NCBI GenBank assembly: GCA_010356995.1
Contig: ML996689.1
Location: forward strand, 1-64,000
Length of the DNA: 64,000 bases
Direction: 5' to 3'
Origin: Trichodelitschia bisporula
Taxonomy: Eukaryota
The position numbers were made by a program, and so were the translations under genes. This document shows, piece by piece, positions 1-11,781 of this stretch (within the stretch, counting starts at the first letter, position 1; each line of letters starts with the position of its first letter). A model generated the notes under the pieces. The model searched no databases and was not told the DNA's origin. It saw nothing but the letters and a program-made list of their open reading frames with translations.

Positions 1-345
1 TGCGAAGCTGAGTACATGGGGCAAACTCAGGCCACAAAGGAAGCAATCTGGCTCCAGGCACTCCTCCGCGAGCTCCAAGCAAGGGAGGACCTCACCACCA
101 CGGTCATCTACGGCGACAACCAAGGAGCAATCGCCCTGGCCAAGAACCCGCAGTTTCACCCGAGAACAAAGCACATTGGCATCCAGCACCACTACGTCAG
201 GGAGAAGCAGGCATCCGGAGAGATTGACCTCCAGTACATCCCGACGGAGAAGCAGGTTGCTGATGGCCTTACAAAAGCCTTGCCAAAGGATCGCTTCGAA
301 CAGTTCAGGGAGGCATTGGGTCTTGAATGGGCTCGCACCAGGTGA
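1..345 (+). mobile_element. Ty1/copia LTR retrotransposon, 3' end of pol (RNase H domain), truncated by window start
   Basis: Open frame EAEYM..ATKEAIWL..IYGDNQGAIALAKNPQFHPRTKHIGIQHHYVRE..YIPTEKQVADGLTKAL is the canonical copia RNase H signature. Stop at 343-345 is followed by a purine tract (gaggaggagaagggaa). Confidence 0.95.
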
Positions 346-383
346 GGAGGAGAAGGGAACCATGAGGGCCGATCTGTCTGCCG

Positions 384-1528
384 CAGAGCTTTTAATAATG
401 AATACATACGATATCTGGCCTGTATTGGATTAGTATCACTTACAGGCTACTCGGTAATACATACTTGATACTATCATGATATATCAACAATCCGTGTCAC
501 ATGATTCATCACGTGAGCTCTGCGGAGCACCTTTACCCTCACCATCATCACCAGCTACGAAGATGCTCGAGATCAGGCCTGTACGCTGCCAGCTAACCAT
601 ACACTCAGACATGCTACATGCTCAGGACTGATGCTAGCTCTCTCCCATGAGATCGTCCGCCTGCTACCTGAAAGCACCCGCTCGTTCTCGTCTGCCGAGG
701 AAGGTGCCGAGAGCACATTGATCGCCATGCGCGCGAGATGAGGGTAGCTGCGACGCTGAACATCCTGGCACCACTCCAACGCTGAGCACGGGATTTGATA
801 CGGCTGAGAGTTGATAAGAACAGACTGTCTGCCATCTCGAGTCCTTCGCCGCAAGTTGCGATTGGCTGGTATATGTGTGGGTGGCGAAGTGGTGTCAGAG
901 ACAAGATGTGATGTGAGAGACGAGAGATGAGGTGTGTACGTGCGTGGATGATTTAGGTGACGTAGATAGTGATGTGAAAGATGTGAGAGATGTCAACCCC
1001 GTGGTTGCAGCCCACGTCCTCGGCCTCCTATTGGCCCACGCTAGGCCAATTTGACTTCCATCCACCACACGACGCATCAGAGCACACATAAAGCACTACG
1101 CGTAAATATATGCTGAAGAACTCGGAGAACTTCGGTATGCCTTGGAGCTAGTTTACCTTCGTGTTTGACGCATATATCGGGCGTGATACTAGCAATGTAG
1201 CATGCCAGAGTTGGCCGAGGGTGGTTTTGAGGTAGTTGCCTAGAAATCCTCATGGCGAGAATGAGATAAACATTTCAAATGCACGAATTTTTCGACCATA
1301 AATCCATTTTTGCAACATATGTATAGGAACCAGTGGCAATTGATAGAACATAGTACGGAGAGCACGATAGGCAAACTTTTGAGCGTATACGGACGCATTT
1401 GAGCTTCAATATCATTTAGTATCAGTAATACATGAATACATATTTCGGCGTATCAGTATCAGTATCACCGATATATCAATAATATATATCACTGATACTT
1501 GATATCGTATCAATTATTGAAAGCTCTG
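384..1528 (-). mobile_element. Internally deleted, non-autonomous hAT DNA transposon
   Basis: Imperfect 16-bp TIRs: cagagcttttaataat (384-399) and attattgaaagctctg (1513-1528), 15/16 match. Many gtatca/tgatac subterminal repeats at both ends. Degenerate hAT dimerisation domain at 573-854 (-): SALEW..YPHLARMAINVLSAP..ENERVLSGSRRTISWER. No convincing 8-bp TSD. Confidence 0.8.
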
Positions 1529-1536
1529 GGTGGCTG

Positions 1537-1691
1537 TGTTCAGCCTTACCCAGGTTCAGCCACAGAGCTCGAGTACAAGTAGACTCGGGATCCCTATCTC
1601 TTTGACAATTAAGCAACTTGTTCATGGACAGACCCTTGGTCCAACTTATGATGCTGTGATGTCTTCATTGATCACTCATCCCCTTCCAACA
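1537..1691 (+). mobile_element. Possible LTR remnant
   Basis: Begins tgtt, ends ...ccttccaaca (LTR-like terminus) and lies where the copia 3' LTR would be once the hAT insertion is removed. No second LTR in the window to confirm. Confidence 0.3.
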
Positions 1692-1754
1692 GCCGACACA
1701 AACTCCCGTCCTCGCACTCACTCCTGCGCCGGGAGAGGGGTGCTGTTCCGCGCA

Positions 1755-4700
1755 TTACGTTTTCTGAGCAGGTTCCGGCGCTTCGGGGCCGTGGTCTGGG
1801 GAATTGTTGGCTTGAATAACTGGTGTGGTTGAGGAGGGGGGAGCTAGGATCGGGTTAGGATGTGAAAAATGAGTGGGGATGGGGAATGTACCTTCGTCAA
1901 GGCGGAGAGGGGGCGGCTTGGGCGGGGACGAGAACGAAGACGACATCTCATCGTGCCTGCTGCGGATTAGCTGATGGTATAGCGTTGCGGAGTAGCTACG
2001 TACCATGGAAGCTCTCTAGTGATGTCGGCTCCTGAGTGCATATAGGCGAGCCACGCTTCTGAGCCCTCCCGATGAGGGTGGCCGCTTAGAAGAGACGTTC
2101 GTTGTATCGAGACAACGTGCTCCATCAATTCGATCGCTTCGTCAACCCGACCGTCCTTGAAGTATGCAGTGGCGAGTACGTGCTCCGATCCTAGACGGTC
2201 TGAATGATCTTCCTGTAGCATTTTCGATTGGATTGCAACGACTGGCTCGAGCAGCTCGATCGCCTCGCCTATTCGCCCGTCTGCAAAGTATGCCCTCGCG
2301 AGTTCGTGCCGCGATGCTAGATAGTTTGGATGATCTTCGCGTAGCACTTTCGATCGGATTGCAACGACGCGCTCGAATAGCTCGATCGCCTCGCCTATAA
2401 ACCCGTTTGCAAGGTGTGCCCTCGCGAGTTCGTGCTCCGATCCTAGACGGTCTGAATGATCTTCACGTACCACTTTTGATCGGATTGCAACGACTTGCGC
2501 GAGAAGCTTGATTGCCTCGCCTATTCGCCCGTCTGCAAGGTATGCATTCGCGAGTTCGTGCTGCGATGCTAGATAGTTTGGATGATCTTCGCGTACCACT
2601 TTTGATCGGATTGCAACGACGCGCTCGAATAGCTCGATCGCCTCGCCTATTCGCCCGTCTGCAAGATGTGCCCTCGCGAGTTCGTACTCCGATCCTAGAC
2701 GGTCTGAATGATCTTCCCGTACCACTTTCGATCGGATTGCAACGACTTGCGCGAGAAGCTTGATCGCCTCACCTATTCGCCNNNNNNNNNNNNNNNNNNN
2801 NNNNNNNNNNNNNNNNNNNNNNNNNNNNNNNNNNNCCTATTCGCCCGTCTGCAAGGTATGCACTCGCGAGTTCGTGCTCCGATCCTAGACGGTCTGAATG
2901 ATCTTCCCGTAGCATTTTCGATTGGATTGCAACGACGTGCTCCAAAAGTTTGATCGCCCGGCCTATTCGCCCATCGCGACTGCATGCGCAGGCCAGGTCA
3001 AACTCCGAATCAAGAGTTGCTGCATCATCTTCTCCGGACATTTCTTTTCTCCATTTGAAAACTTGCTCACGCCAGTATATACACTCCTGGAGCCTCCCAT
3101 CCCATATGAAGAAGTGCCCAAGCAGCTCGCATAGGGTGTAATGGCTGTCCAAGTCTTCGCCTTGAGCAGATTGAGCAATTTTCAATGCGTGGGGCAGGTA
3201 TTCTCGACACATCGGGATGTTGTCGTAGCTGTCCTGGGCATCTGGAAATACATCCGCAAGGTGCTCCACCGCCTCTTTCCTCGCCTCCTCTTTCACCAGG
3301 GGATGCTTGTCAAGCCAAATCTTGGTCGCCTTTTGCACGAGTCTGTGCATGTCGTACGTGTTATCGTCCCGTTTGGTGAAGAAAGCGTATCCAAGAAGGG
3401 TACCAATGGCGCTCACCAAGCGTGTTTTCGACGGCGGTGGAGGCAGAATCGACCTAGGAATTGCCTTTGGCTCGATGTAAGACACGAAGGCGAGGAGGTC
3501 GGCGGCAGTTTGATCCGTCTGACGGATTCTTTCGAACGACAGTATCCATGTGTTTGCAATGGCGTTCGAAGTGCTCTGGGGTCGTGTAAGGTCGGTGAAC
3601 TCGGCGCTCATGAGCTCGGACATGTCTTCGTGGGTATTCCTCAGGAGCTCCAGATATTCGGAAATGGACACCGAGTTTCTCGCAATGTAGGCTGCTGCTT
3701 GTGCAATCGCCAAAGGAATGAGCTCCAGTTCAGTCAAGAGCTGGTCTGTGATCGAAGCGTCGCACAGTAACTTCTCCTCTGACAAGGACTTTCGGAGGAA
3801 ATCGAGCGAGTCTTCCTTGCTCATTTGGTTCAGTTGAATAATTTCGCTACATCCTAGGTCCGTTGCGATATGTCGAAAGCGCGTCGTGCAAAGCACCTGG
3901 CCGTTCGGACTTTCCGGAAGAAAATGGACAAGATGCATGGACTGATCGGGGGACGGAGAAAATATATTCGCGTCGTCGACGTTATCAACAATCAAAAGCC
4001 AGCGCCCTGCCGTTTCGCTACTTAGATACTCTTTCACCAAATCCTTCACATCCTTGTCCTTGTTTTGATCGGAAAGGATAGACAACTTGCTTGCGATATG
4101 GGAGCAGTCTTGGGTAAAGGTTGCCTTGCTCATGGCGGAAACCCAAAACACGGAGCACTGGGGATCATTCTCTTTCACCCAGTAAGCGAACTGCAAGGCG
4201 ATTTGTGTCTTCCCAGTACCACCGAGGCCGTGAATTGCCAACATTTGGTTGGGGTTGTCTGCGAAGAGGTCTTGAACCTGCGCGAGCTCGGCATTTCTGC
4301 CGACGAAGCGTTTGTTTGGTCGAAGGGGAATGTGATGGGTAACTTTGTAGGCCTTTTCAAGCGACCGGGCAAAGTCAGTATTCGACGTTGCAATGAATTT
4401 AGGGGCTCACTTCACTGGCCTCCAGTGCATCACGGATCGTGTTTAGGACCTTCAGGTAATTGGAATCTTGCCTGCTGGTGTATTTGCAAACACCATGATG
4501 ATCGGCCTGCAAGGACATGTACATTTCCCCGGTGCACATAAGTCTAGCCGAGCCTTTGTCCACGACCTGAACCTTGCCCGGAAACTTGCGGCTCAGTTGG
4601 GCGAATAAGGGGGTCTCCAGAGTCTCCCAGAAGGACGCAAGAAAAAGCTTGCCCGTGTGGTGGCGGAAACCTTCGTTAATGGTTTCCAAGGTCTCCGAAT

Positions 4701-5605
4701 TTCGTTCCAGACTGTGCCTAAACTGGGTGTCTGAAATGACGACTGACACTGAAATGAGCTTCCCGAGCAATGGGGCCGCGTCAGAGCCGATATGGGGGGT
4801 CGACAGAAAGATCATAGAATTGACGGAGGAGCCGATTCGGAGGTATTTTGGGTTGCTTTGGGCATTTAGGGCATCGATGTATGCTTTTTTCACGACCAAC
4901 CCTCCCATTGAGTGGGCGACAAAGAGGATAGGCATGGATCCAATTTCGTGGCTTTCGCCTGTATCATTATTTCGGCTACGAGCCATCAAGGCCAGTAGAT
5001 CCATGGCGAAATTTCCAATAGTCTGGTTGTTGGCTTCGGTCGACAGCCAATCCGCGTTGTAACCATAGGTGAAAATCCTGGCCTTTTCCATAGCACGCTC
5101 TTTCGGAAGCCATTCACCTGGCCAGAAGAGCTCCGGTGTGCTGTCTTTGGCCCAGGTTGCATGGCTTGATCCGCCGAATCCGTGAACGAATATGATATCC
5201 ACAGCAGGAGAACCCCTCGGCGCCGCGACGAGGGTTAGGGTGCGCAAGTTTGGTAGCGATGTGGCAACAACCGTCTCGCGCCCTGTGGGGCCGGGACTCG
5301 ATGATGATCGTGGCACGCGCTGCTCGCTGGGCTCGCTGGAGGGCTGGCCGACGGACGGACGGAGTGCAACATGATTATCAGCTGCGCCAGACTCGGTCCC
5401 GTCACTGGCTTCATCGCGTTTCTTGCCAGGTTTAGGCCGTAGTATGTTCCGAAATTTTCTCTTGAACACAGTTAGTAAGGACCAAAAGCAATGGTGGAAA
5501 GAGCTCAGATACAGTGAATACAACTGCACCGCAAATGGGAGAGAAAACGGCATACATCGGCCTTAAGTAGCAAGGGCAGTTGTAGTGAAGGAGAATACGT
5601 ACCAT
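1755..5605 (-). CDS. Fungal NLR-like protein: SesB-like alpha/beta-hydrolase + NB-ARC + TPR repeats
   Basis: Spliced model: ATG-only exon 5605-5603, intron 5602-5461, exon 5460-4411 (DIIFVHGFGG, RIFTYGY, FVAHSMGG nucleophile elbow), intron 4410-4353, exon from 4352 (FVGR, GLGGTGKT Walker A, WLLIVDNVDD Walker B, IPLAIAQAAAYI, MHRLVQ), then 42-aa TPR units. The unspliced stop is at 1967; GTACGT and GTACAT donors with branch sites suggest extension to a stop at 1755. N-gap at 2782-2835. Confidence 0.9.
2100..2980 (-). repeat. 126-bp (42-aa) high-identity TPR repeat array in the NLR
   Basis: Units REDH(SDRLGSE/PNYLAS)xxLAxAx(L/F)xDGRIGEAIxL..VVAIxSK, at least 6 visible, interrupted by 54 Ns. Confidence 0.95.
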
Positions 5606-7887
5606 GACGGTTCAGAGCTGTCAAGACGCTTCGTTGCTCAGTTTCGAGATGCTGGAGAGGCGAAAAGCTGATGGGAAATGAACCAGGTCCGCGAGCGACT
5701 CGCCTTCAGCTGTGGGATTCCTCAGTGCGGGGGGGCTCGGCGCTCCTAGTCCCGTGGGGGGGGGGCAACAGCGTCAAGACATTCTCTGTCTGTCCAGTAA
5801 CAGCTGCAGTTGGTACTAGCACCGGGGGGGCGCAGCTTGGCCACCTACAGCCTATCTCGAGGGACACGCTGTCCCCCAAACCCAGGAGGAGGACCAGTGG
5901 GAACTCGCTGGGCGAGAAGCGAAGGGAGGGTAGTAACATGGCAAGCAAAAATGGGTGTAAACGTGGAGCATCATATCGCTCTGAAAGCTGAGGTTAACAG
6001 TTGACAGTTTGATGTCAAAACTGAGTAAGATGGGATCGGTATGCAGGTCGAACCTGCGCCTGCGCTTGCGCGAGCCCCACTTTCATCTACCCCACCACTC
6101 CAGACTGGACACCACCAGCGATCAGCATTGTTAGACAACGTTGAGTAGATCTAAACACCTACGAACCCGCCTGGTGCTTTCCTTCTTTGAGGCTAGCTGT
6201 GCATAGTTTGACTGCCTCGTCATTGGGAGGATGGTTCGCGATCCGCTGGAGTTTAGGACCTAATGCTGGAATCTGCACCTGTGGATGGCGGCCTGAGTGG
6301 GCGAAAGCATTGATGGAGGGTAGGCGATGTAGAAAAGGCCTCGTCACAGGCAAAATGCAAGTAAGCTTTTCAAAACGTTGGAAGAAGACAAAGGAGACAA
6401 CGGCGTCGCGGGGCCTTCAGCTGTATGCAAATAGTAGTCCCATATCGCCTTCCACTATCCTGGCCAATACCTGCCCCTAGGCCTAGTGTTGACCGTTACT
6501 CTCTGCCCAACGCTTAAATGGGTCCCTTCCAGAATACAAACGATGCCTTCCATACTCATGAGTGCCTTGACAGTACTTGCTTGGTGCCTTTGTGCCTTAC
6601 GTCCCGTCTTTACATCAGCCAGTCTACCATGAAACAGTCGCGATGCTAAAGCATATCAGGTTCTCATCCTACCTATCCACCCGTACAAAGGTAGTCGAGG
6701 ATTTCCTCCTGCTCCTTCAGCCGTTCAGCGTGAAGCTCGTCACATCGATTGCTTTTGGGGTCGGGCGCGATTGGGTCAGGCGCGCTTGCCTCTCTTTCGA
6801 GGACATGAGATATTTGTTGGACTGGAGAAGCTGAGAACAGATGAAACAAGACAACGGAGGTAAGCAATCCCGAGCGCTAACGGATACCGGCTACAAAGAT
6901 ACCGGGCGCGAAGTGATACAGGAACTTACAATATCAGAAGGCTGTAACAAATGGGAATCCGTCTAACAATATTTGATGATCGCGTCTAAGGCCCCCATGG
7001 ACCACTTGGAGGAGGAATCAGACACGTCCTTCGCCATTTTTTCGAGGTGTAGATTATTCGAGTTGAGGTTAATGGATTGTGATGAATGACTGCAAACTTT
7101 GACTGGGGCGTAGCATTTATATACCTGTGGTCGCAGGGACAGTTGGTTCAAGAGTCCCAAAGCGGACAGAGTGCACTCCAGAAGCCACATGCGTTGCGTA
7201 CGTCAGCATGGTGTGTAGTACTACGATACCAGGCCGAATATATGTTAGGGATCGAAAGTTTACCCAGAAAAGTAATTGTCACCGTCAACAATCACGCATG
7301 CACGATCAAGATGTGGGTAGGACGTAGATTGTAAAGCTACGGAGTAAAGGTGTCAGGGACTGCGGGTAAGTAGGCCTGGTATACGAGTGTGAGTGTGGCG
7401 GCTTGGCACAGCGCCAAGCCCCATACAAACCCGGTGATGGTGCGAGCCCATGGAGCAACAGAAACCGGGTGTCACACCGTGACAGTAATGATTCCTCTTC
7501 CGGTTCACTGGCCATGCCTCACAAAACGCCGCGGGGGCGGTGCCATTACTTTTCCGGGTGGGTCCTTGGATTCCTAACGTACGTAGTACATCAGCGGCGG
7601 CTGTAAAAACTTATGGGGAACCTTGAAGAGATGGTAGTGGATGCTGTCGTGGTTCTGGCCATACACGATGTGATGCCTCAGGCCATGATGTGGTCTGAGT
7701 GGCAGCACAGTACCGAGGTGACGTATGGGGATTAGCGCAGTCATGTGACTGGCGCCAAGCCCCCACACTGCGGTTATGCTTTTGCACACCCATACCTGTA
7801 GATTACTTCTCCAACTCTTTATCATCGTCTCGAAGCAATCTATGGCTTTTGCACCGCTATTCGCTGGCACCGTGACATACCGGGGAG

Positions 7888-8009
7888 CTCGCTGAGTACC
7901 GGGTAACTATTAAAATCGCGGAGTGCCGAGTAACTCGCTGAGTACCGGGTAAATTGCTAAGTACCGGGTAACTCGCTAAGTACCGGGTAACTCGCTGAGT
8001 AGCGGGTAA
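7888..8009. repeat. 19-bp minisatellite, about 6 copies
   Basis: Unit ctcgct(g/a)agtaccgggtaa at 7888, ~7916 (degenerate), 7934, 7953, 7972 and 7991. Confidence 0.9.
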
Positions 8010-8238
8010 CTTACTTGACTACGTACACGCAACTCGGCTTACCGTACTGGAGTATGGAGTATGTACTCGATAAATACATCGAGCCGTAGATATTGGGGCT
8101 TGATCTACTACTCCTGATAATAAGTGTGCTTGTTTTAATAGAACTCGCCGGCGAATATGGTGCTAGCGTAAAGTGGGATTTGGAATAGGTATCAATTCAC
8201 AGTGCACCATATCGAAAACGACAGACGACCGACCCGCT

Positions 8239-9423
8239 CTAGAAACTCGTGAATGCCAGCTCCACCGCCACGCCTAGCGTCAGCCGGGCATGCTGCACCA
8301 TGTGCCCAAAGTCCAAAAGGTCAATGACATCCCCCGTGGTGTGCACCTTCGGGTCTGAGTACTTGAACTCGCCCTCGAGAACAAATGCACTGGGATAGCC
8401 TGCCTTGCTTGCGCTGGCATGGTCGCTGCACGCATACCCGCACTTAGTTTCGACAAAAGGAATCTCGCAGTACGCGCCGACCACGGCCTTGATGAATCGT
8501 GTCAAGCCGGGGTCGACAAAGTCCATAACGATCCCCACCGACTCTGGCTGTCCGGCCGCCGCCGCACGCGCCACGTACCCCGTCATGTCCTGCTGCAGCA
8601 TGGCCACCACTTGACGACCCTGCTGCTGGTAGGTGCTGAACAGCGCCTGCGACCCGAGCAGCCCGCCCTCCTCGGCCGAGTACCAGTGGAACTCAATGGT
8701 ATTGTTCGCCTCGCCGCGTGCAATCTCCGGAATCGTGAGTAGCACGCGCAGTGCCTCAAGGATAGTGACTGTTCCTGAGCCGTCGTCGTCCGCACCTGGC
8801 GCCGCAAGCAGGCTTGGCAGAAACAGGTTGATGCTGTCCTGGTGCGCGCCAATGACGACCGTCTTATTGCTGCGGCCGGGAATGGTCGCAACAACTGTGT
8901 TTTGTCCCCATGGGTGTGTGAAAGCGGATACGGACGCGCCATGCTTTTTCGCACCGCTGTCGTGGACGATTTCTTCCGCGCGCGCCTGCAGCCACGCACT
9001 GCTCTCGGCACCTGACGACGACTTGTAGTAGCGCGTGTGGAAGGCAGTGAAGACCTCGAGGTTGGAGCGCAGGTTCTTCTGGCTCAGGTTGCTGAGGAGG
9101 GGCTCGACGATGGACTGCTGAGAGGGAGCGGAGGGGTACGAGTATGTTGTCTGCGCGCCGAAGGTACCGAGGTCGGGCGTGGCGGTGATGTCCATAAAGT
9201 TGATACCTTCCTGCGGTGGGACAGGTTAGCAGTGAGCCAAAGCGGAGGCTTAGCATGGGCGCCAGGGATAGCATACCCGCTTCAATGCCCACTTGTCGTC
9301 CTCGGTCACCCAGCGCGTCTCACCGGGCGCCAGCTCGATGAGGTACCTTTCATCGGCGTGAAGGGGCTGCTGGGGTAGGATAGCGGCGGCTGCAGCGGCG
9401 GCGTATACAAGAGAGAGCTTCAT
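8239..9423 (-). CDS. LAP1: Secreted leucine aminopeptidase, M28 family
   Basis: Exon 9423-9277 (signal peptide [37 protein letters not shown]), intron 9276-9211, exon 9210-8239 with [47 protein letters not shown]. Confidence 0.95.
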
Positions 9424-9669
9424 TGTTGGTGTGATGTGATGTGATGTGATGTGTTGGGACGTGGGAGTCAGTCGGAGTCAGATCCCACCTAGGCAGCCTT
9501 TCGGGCGGCTTGGCCGAAGTCCGAGGCGGGTGTCGCCGACGCCTGGGGTAGCGGCCCTGGCACAGCCACAGAGCGACAGCTGAAAGACGCACGCGATGAA
9601 AGTAGGGCATGACGTTGCGGGAAGAATTCCGATATGGGACGCGGGCACTGCAATTGTTTTGTATTTCAT

Positions 9670-10144
9670 CTATATCTTTTCGCCCTGAATCGTTGCAACC
9701 ATCTTCCGCGAGTGTCGCGCCGTACGGAACTCGAGATACCAGATGCCCTGCCATGTGCCCGTCGCCAGCTTGCCGTCGGTGATTGGGATGGAGACGCTGG
9801 ACCCGATGAGGGCGCTTTTGACGTGTGCCTGATTCTTAGCGTTGCTCGTCAACAAAGACAATACCCACCGGCATGTCATCTGGTCCCTCAGCGCTGTGGC
9901 GGTACAAGTCGCCCTTCTTGTCAGTCGGAACGATGCGGTCGAGCGCGTCGCTCATGTCGGCGCGCACGTCCTCATCCCAGTTCTCGTTCATGCTCAGCGC
10001 GCACGACGTGTGCTGCACGAAGAGGTGCAGCAGGCCGACCTTGTACTGCTTGATCTCGGGGAGCTGCGCGACGACGGTGTCGGTGACGAGGTACGAGCCA
10101 CGCGACTTGGGCGGAAGGGAGATGGTCTTTTGGAACCATGCCAT
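9670..10144 (-). CDS. UPF0047/YjbQ family protein
   Basis: [49 protein letters not shown], 40-nt intron 9868-9829, then [21 protein letters not shown]. Confidence 0.92.
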
Positions 10145-10851
10145 TGCGGGAGCAGAAGACACTGGACGTGTGGAATAGGTGTGGAGATGGTTGGAGAGGT
10201 AAAGTTGTTTAGCTGTTGTTCGAGCTGTACGGATGTAAAGCTGATATTGCGATGATGGTGGGGGTGCTACGTCAGAATGGGCAGCTAAAGCCAGACGTAG
10301 CACACAGGCTGTCGAGCCACACGGCAGCCACCGAAAGAGGTCAGCCACGGATTCCCGGAGCCACAATGTGCACAGCCACTCTCAGATTGTAATCGTATGC
10401 AACATAAGATTGATGTGTCAGCGAAAAAGAAACCTGTCAGCCCAATCAGGCAGCTTGCAGGCAGCTAAACACAGCCACATGGACTCCTCACCCCGCATGA
10501 CCCACCCCCACCACAAGATCATCACGTCTACCATAAGATCCCCACCACACAGCACGCACCACATATCACACTCTACAGGCCACACAAACCACAGGCTCCC
10601 CTTGGTCGCTTCTCTCCGATCCCGCTTCTCTCCCTTGCCCGTCTCCCTTCCCGTCTCTGCAAAAATTCAAATCCCTGTCTGGCCCGCCTGATCCTTCCCT
10701 CCCTGACGACAAGCAGCAGCTGAGACGTCAATCAGCTCATCTTTATAAACTCAGCCCCTCATCTCATCTCTTTTGGTCTTTCTCCGTCTTCTTTCCTTGA
10801 ATCTTTTGCTTCATCCAAAGCGAGGCACAATCACAAAACTACAATCACGCC

Positions 10852-11781
10852 ATGTCTGGCTACCCCCGCGAGCATCGGCGGCACTATGATAACGACGCCG
10901 ACCACGACCTTAGCGACTCTCCACCCCGCCGCCGGGCCCCGCGCCGCGACGTCCCGCAACCGCAGCGCCACCCATCCATCCTCGTCTCGGACACCAACCC
11001 GCCCCGCCGCCACCGCTCCAAGTCCGCCATCATACGCACCTCGTCCGACGAAGACTCGGACCGGCCGCGTCGCAAGGACCGCTCTTCGCGCCATGACGTC
11101 GAGCGCAAGACTGGCACCGAGCACAAGCACTTCCGTGACCGCCGCTACGCCTACGAGTCTGATGAAGGAGAAATGCTAAAGCGCGCCATGCGCGGCGGTC
11201 GCGAGCCGGACCTCTTCGACGACGATGACCCGACCCCTCGCGCCGGTCGCTCGGCCCGCCAGTCCGGCGACGAGCGAGCGCTTCCTATACGTGGTGGTCC
11301 CCCGCCCATTGCCCGCAGCCGTACTTACCGCGAGCCCGGCCGCCGAGAGTGGGACGAGTACGGCCCTCCCCCGCCACGCGATACCCACGATCCGCGTTCG
11401 CTCGGCGTGCCGTACGATGCGCGCGGTTACCGCTCGGATGAGCCTCCGCGGCGTGAGAGGCCGAGGCGTGACGACCACGGCCGTGAGGACCGCCCGCGGC
11501 GGCGTGACGACCCATACCAGGCCGAGCGGAGTCGCCGTGGCGGAGGGCGGGACCCTGAGGAGTACTTCTCGGATTCACGCCACGACCGCGACAGGCGACG
11601 GCGAGGTGCTGACGACGACCGCCGCGACAGAGGCGGCAAGAAGGGCGGCCTGAACTGGCAGAAGGAAGCTGGTGCGCTTTTTGCGACCTATGCCTTGCCG
11701 GTCATCAAGAAGGAGGGCGGTCGGTACTTGAAGAAGGAGGTACAAAGGTTTTTGTCTCGGCAGTCAGGCGGCGCGGCCTAG
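10852..11781 (+). CDS. Arg/Asp-rich hypothetical protein with C-terminal amphipathic helix
   Basis: 309-aa ORF with GC3-rich codon usage, tataaa at ~10744 and pyrimidine-rich leader. No recognisable domain. Confidence 0.75.
   Translation: MSGYPREHRRHYDNDADHDLSDSPPRRRAPRRDVPQPQRHPSILVSDTNPPRRHRSKSAIIRTSSDEDSDRPRRKDRSSRHDVERKTGTEHKHFRDRRYAYESDEGEMLKRAMRGGREPDLFDDDDPTPRAGRSARQSGDERALPIRGGPPPIARSRTYREPGRREWDEYGPPPPRDTHDPRSLGVPYDARGYRSDEPPRRERPRRDDHGREDRPRRRDDPYQAERSRRGGGRDPEEYFSDSRHDRDRRRRGADDDRRDRGGKKGGLNWQKEAGALFATYALPVIKKEGGRYLKKEVQRFLSRQSGGAA

Noticed and set aside
2769..2835. Apparent frameshift splitting the NLR into two ORFs
   Set aside because: Caused by the arbitrary 54-N gap inside the repeat array.
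5606..6100. Amyloid signalling motif or HeLo/gasdermin partner beside the NLR
   Set aside because: No G/N/Q-rich pseudo-repeat or recognisable effector ORF found; the NLR carries its own enzymatic N-terminus.
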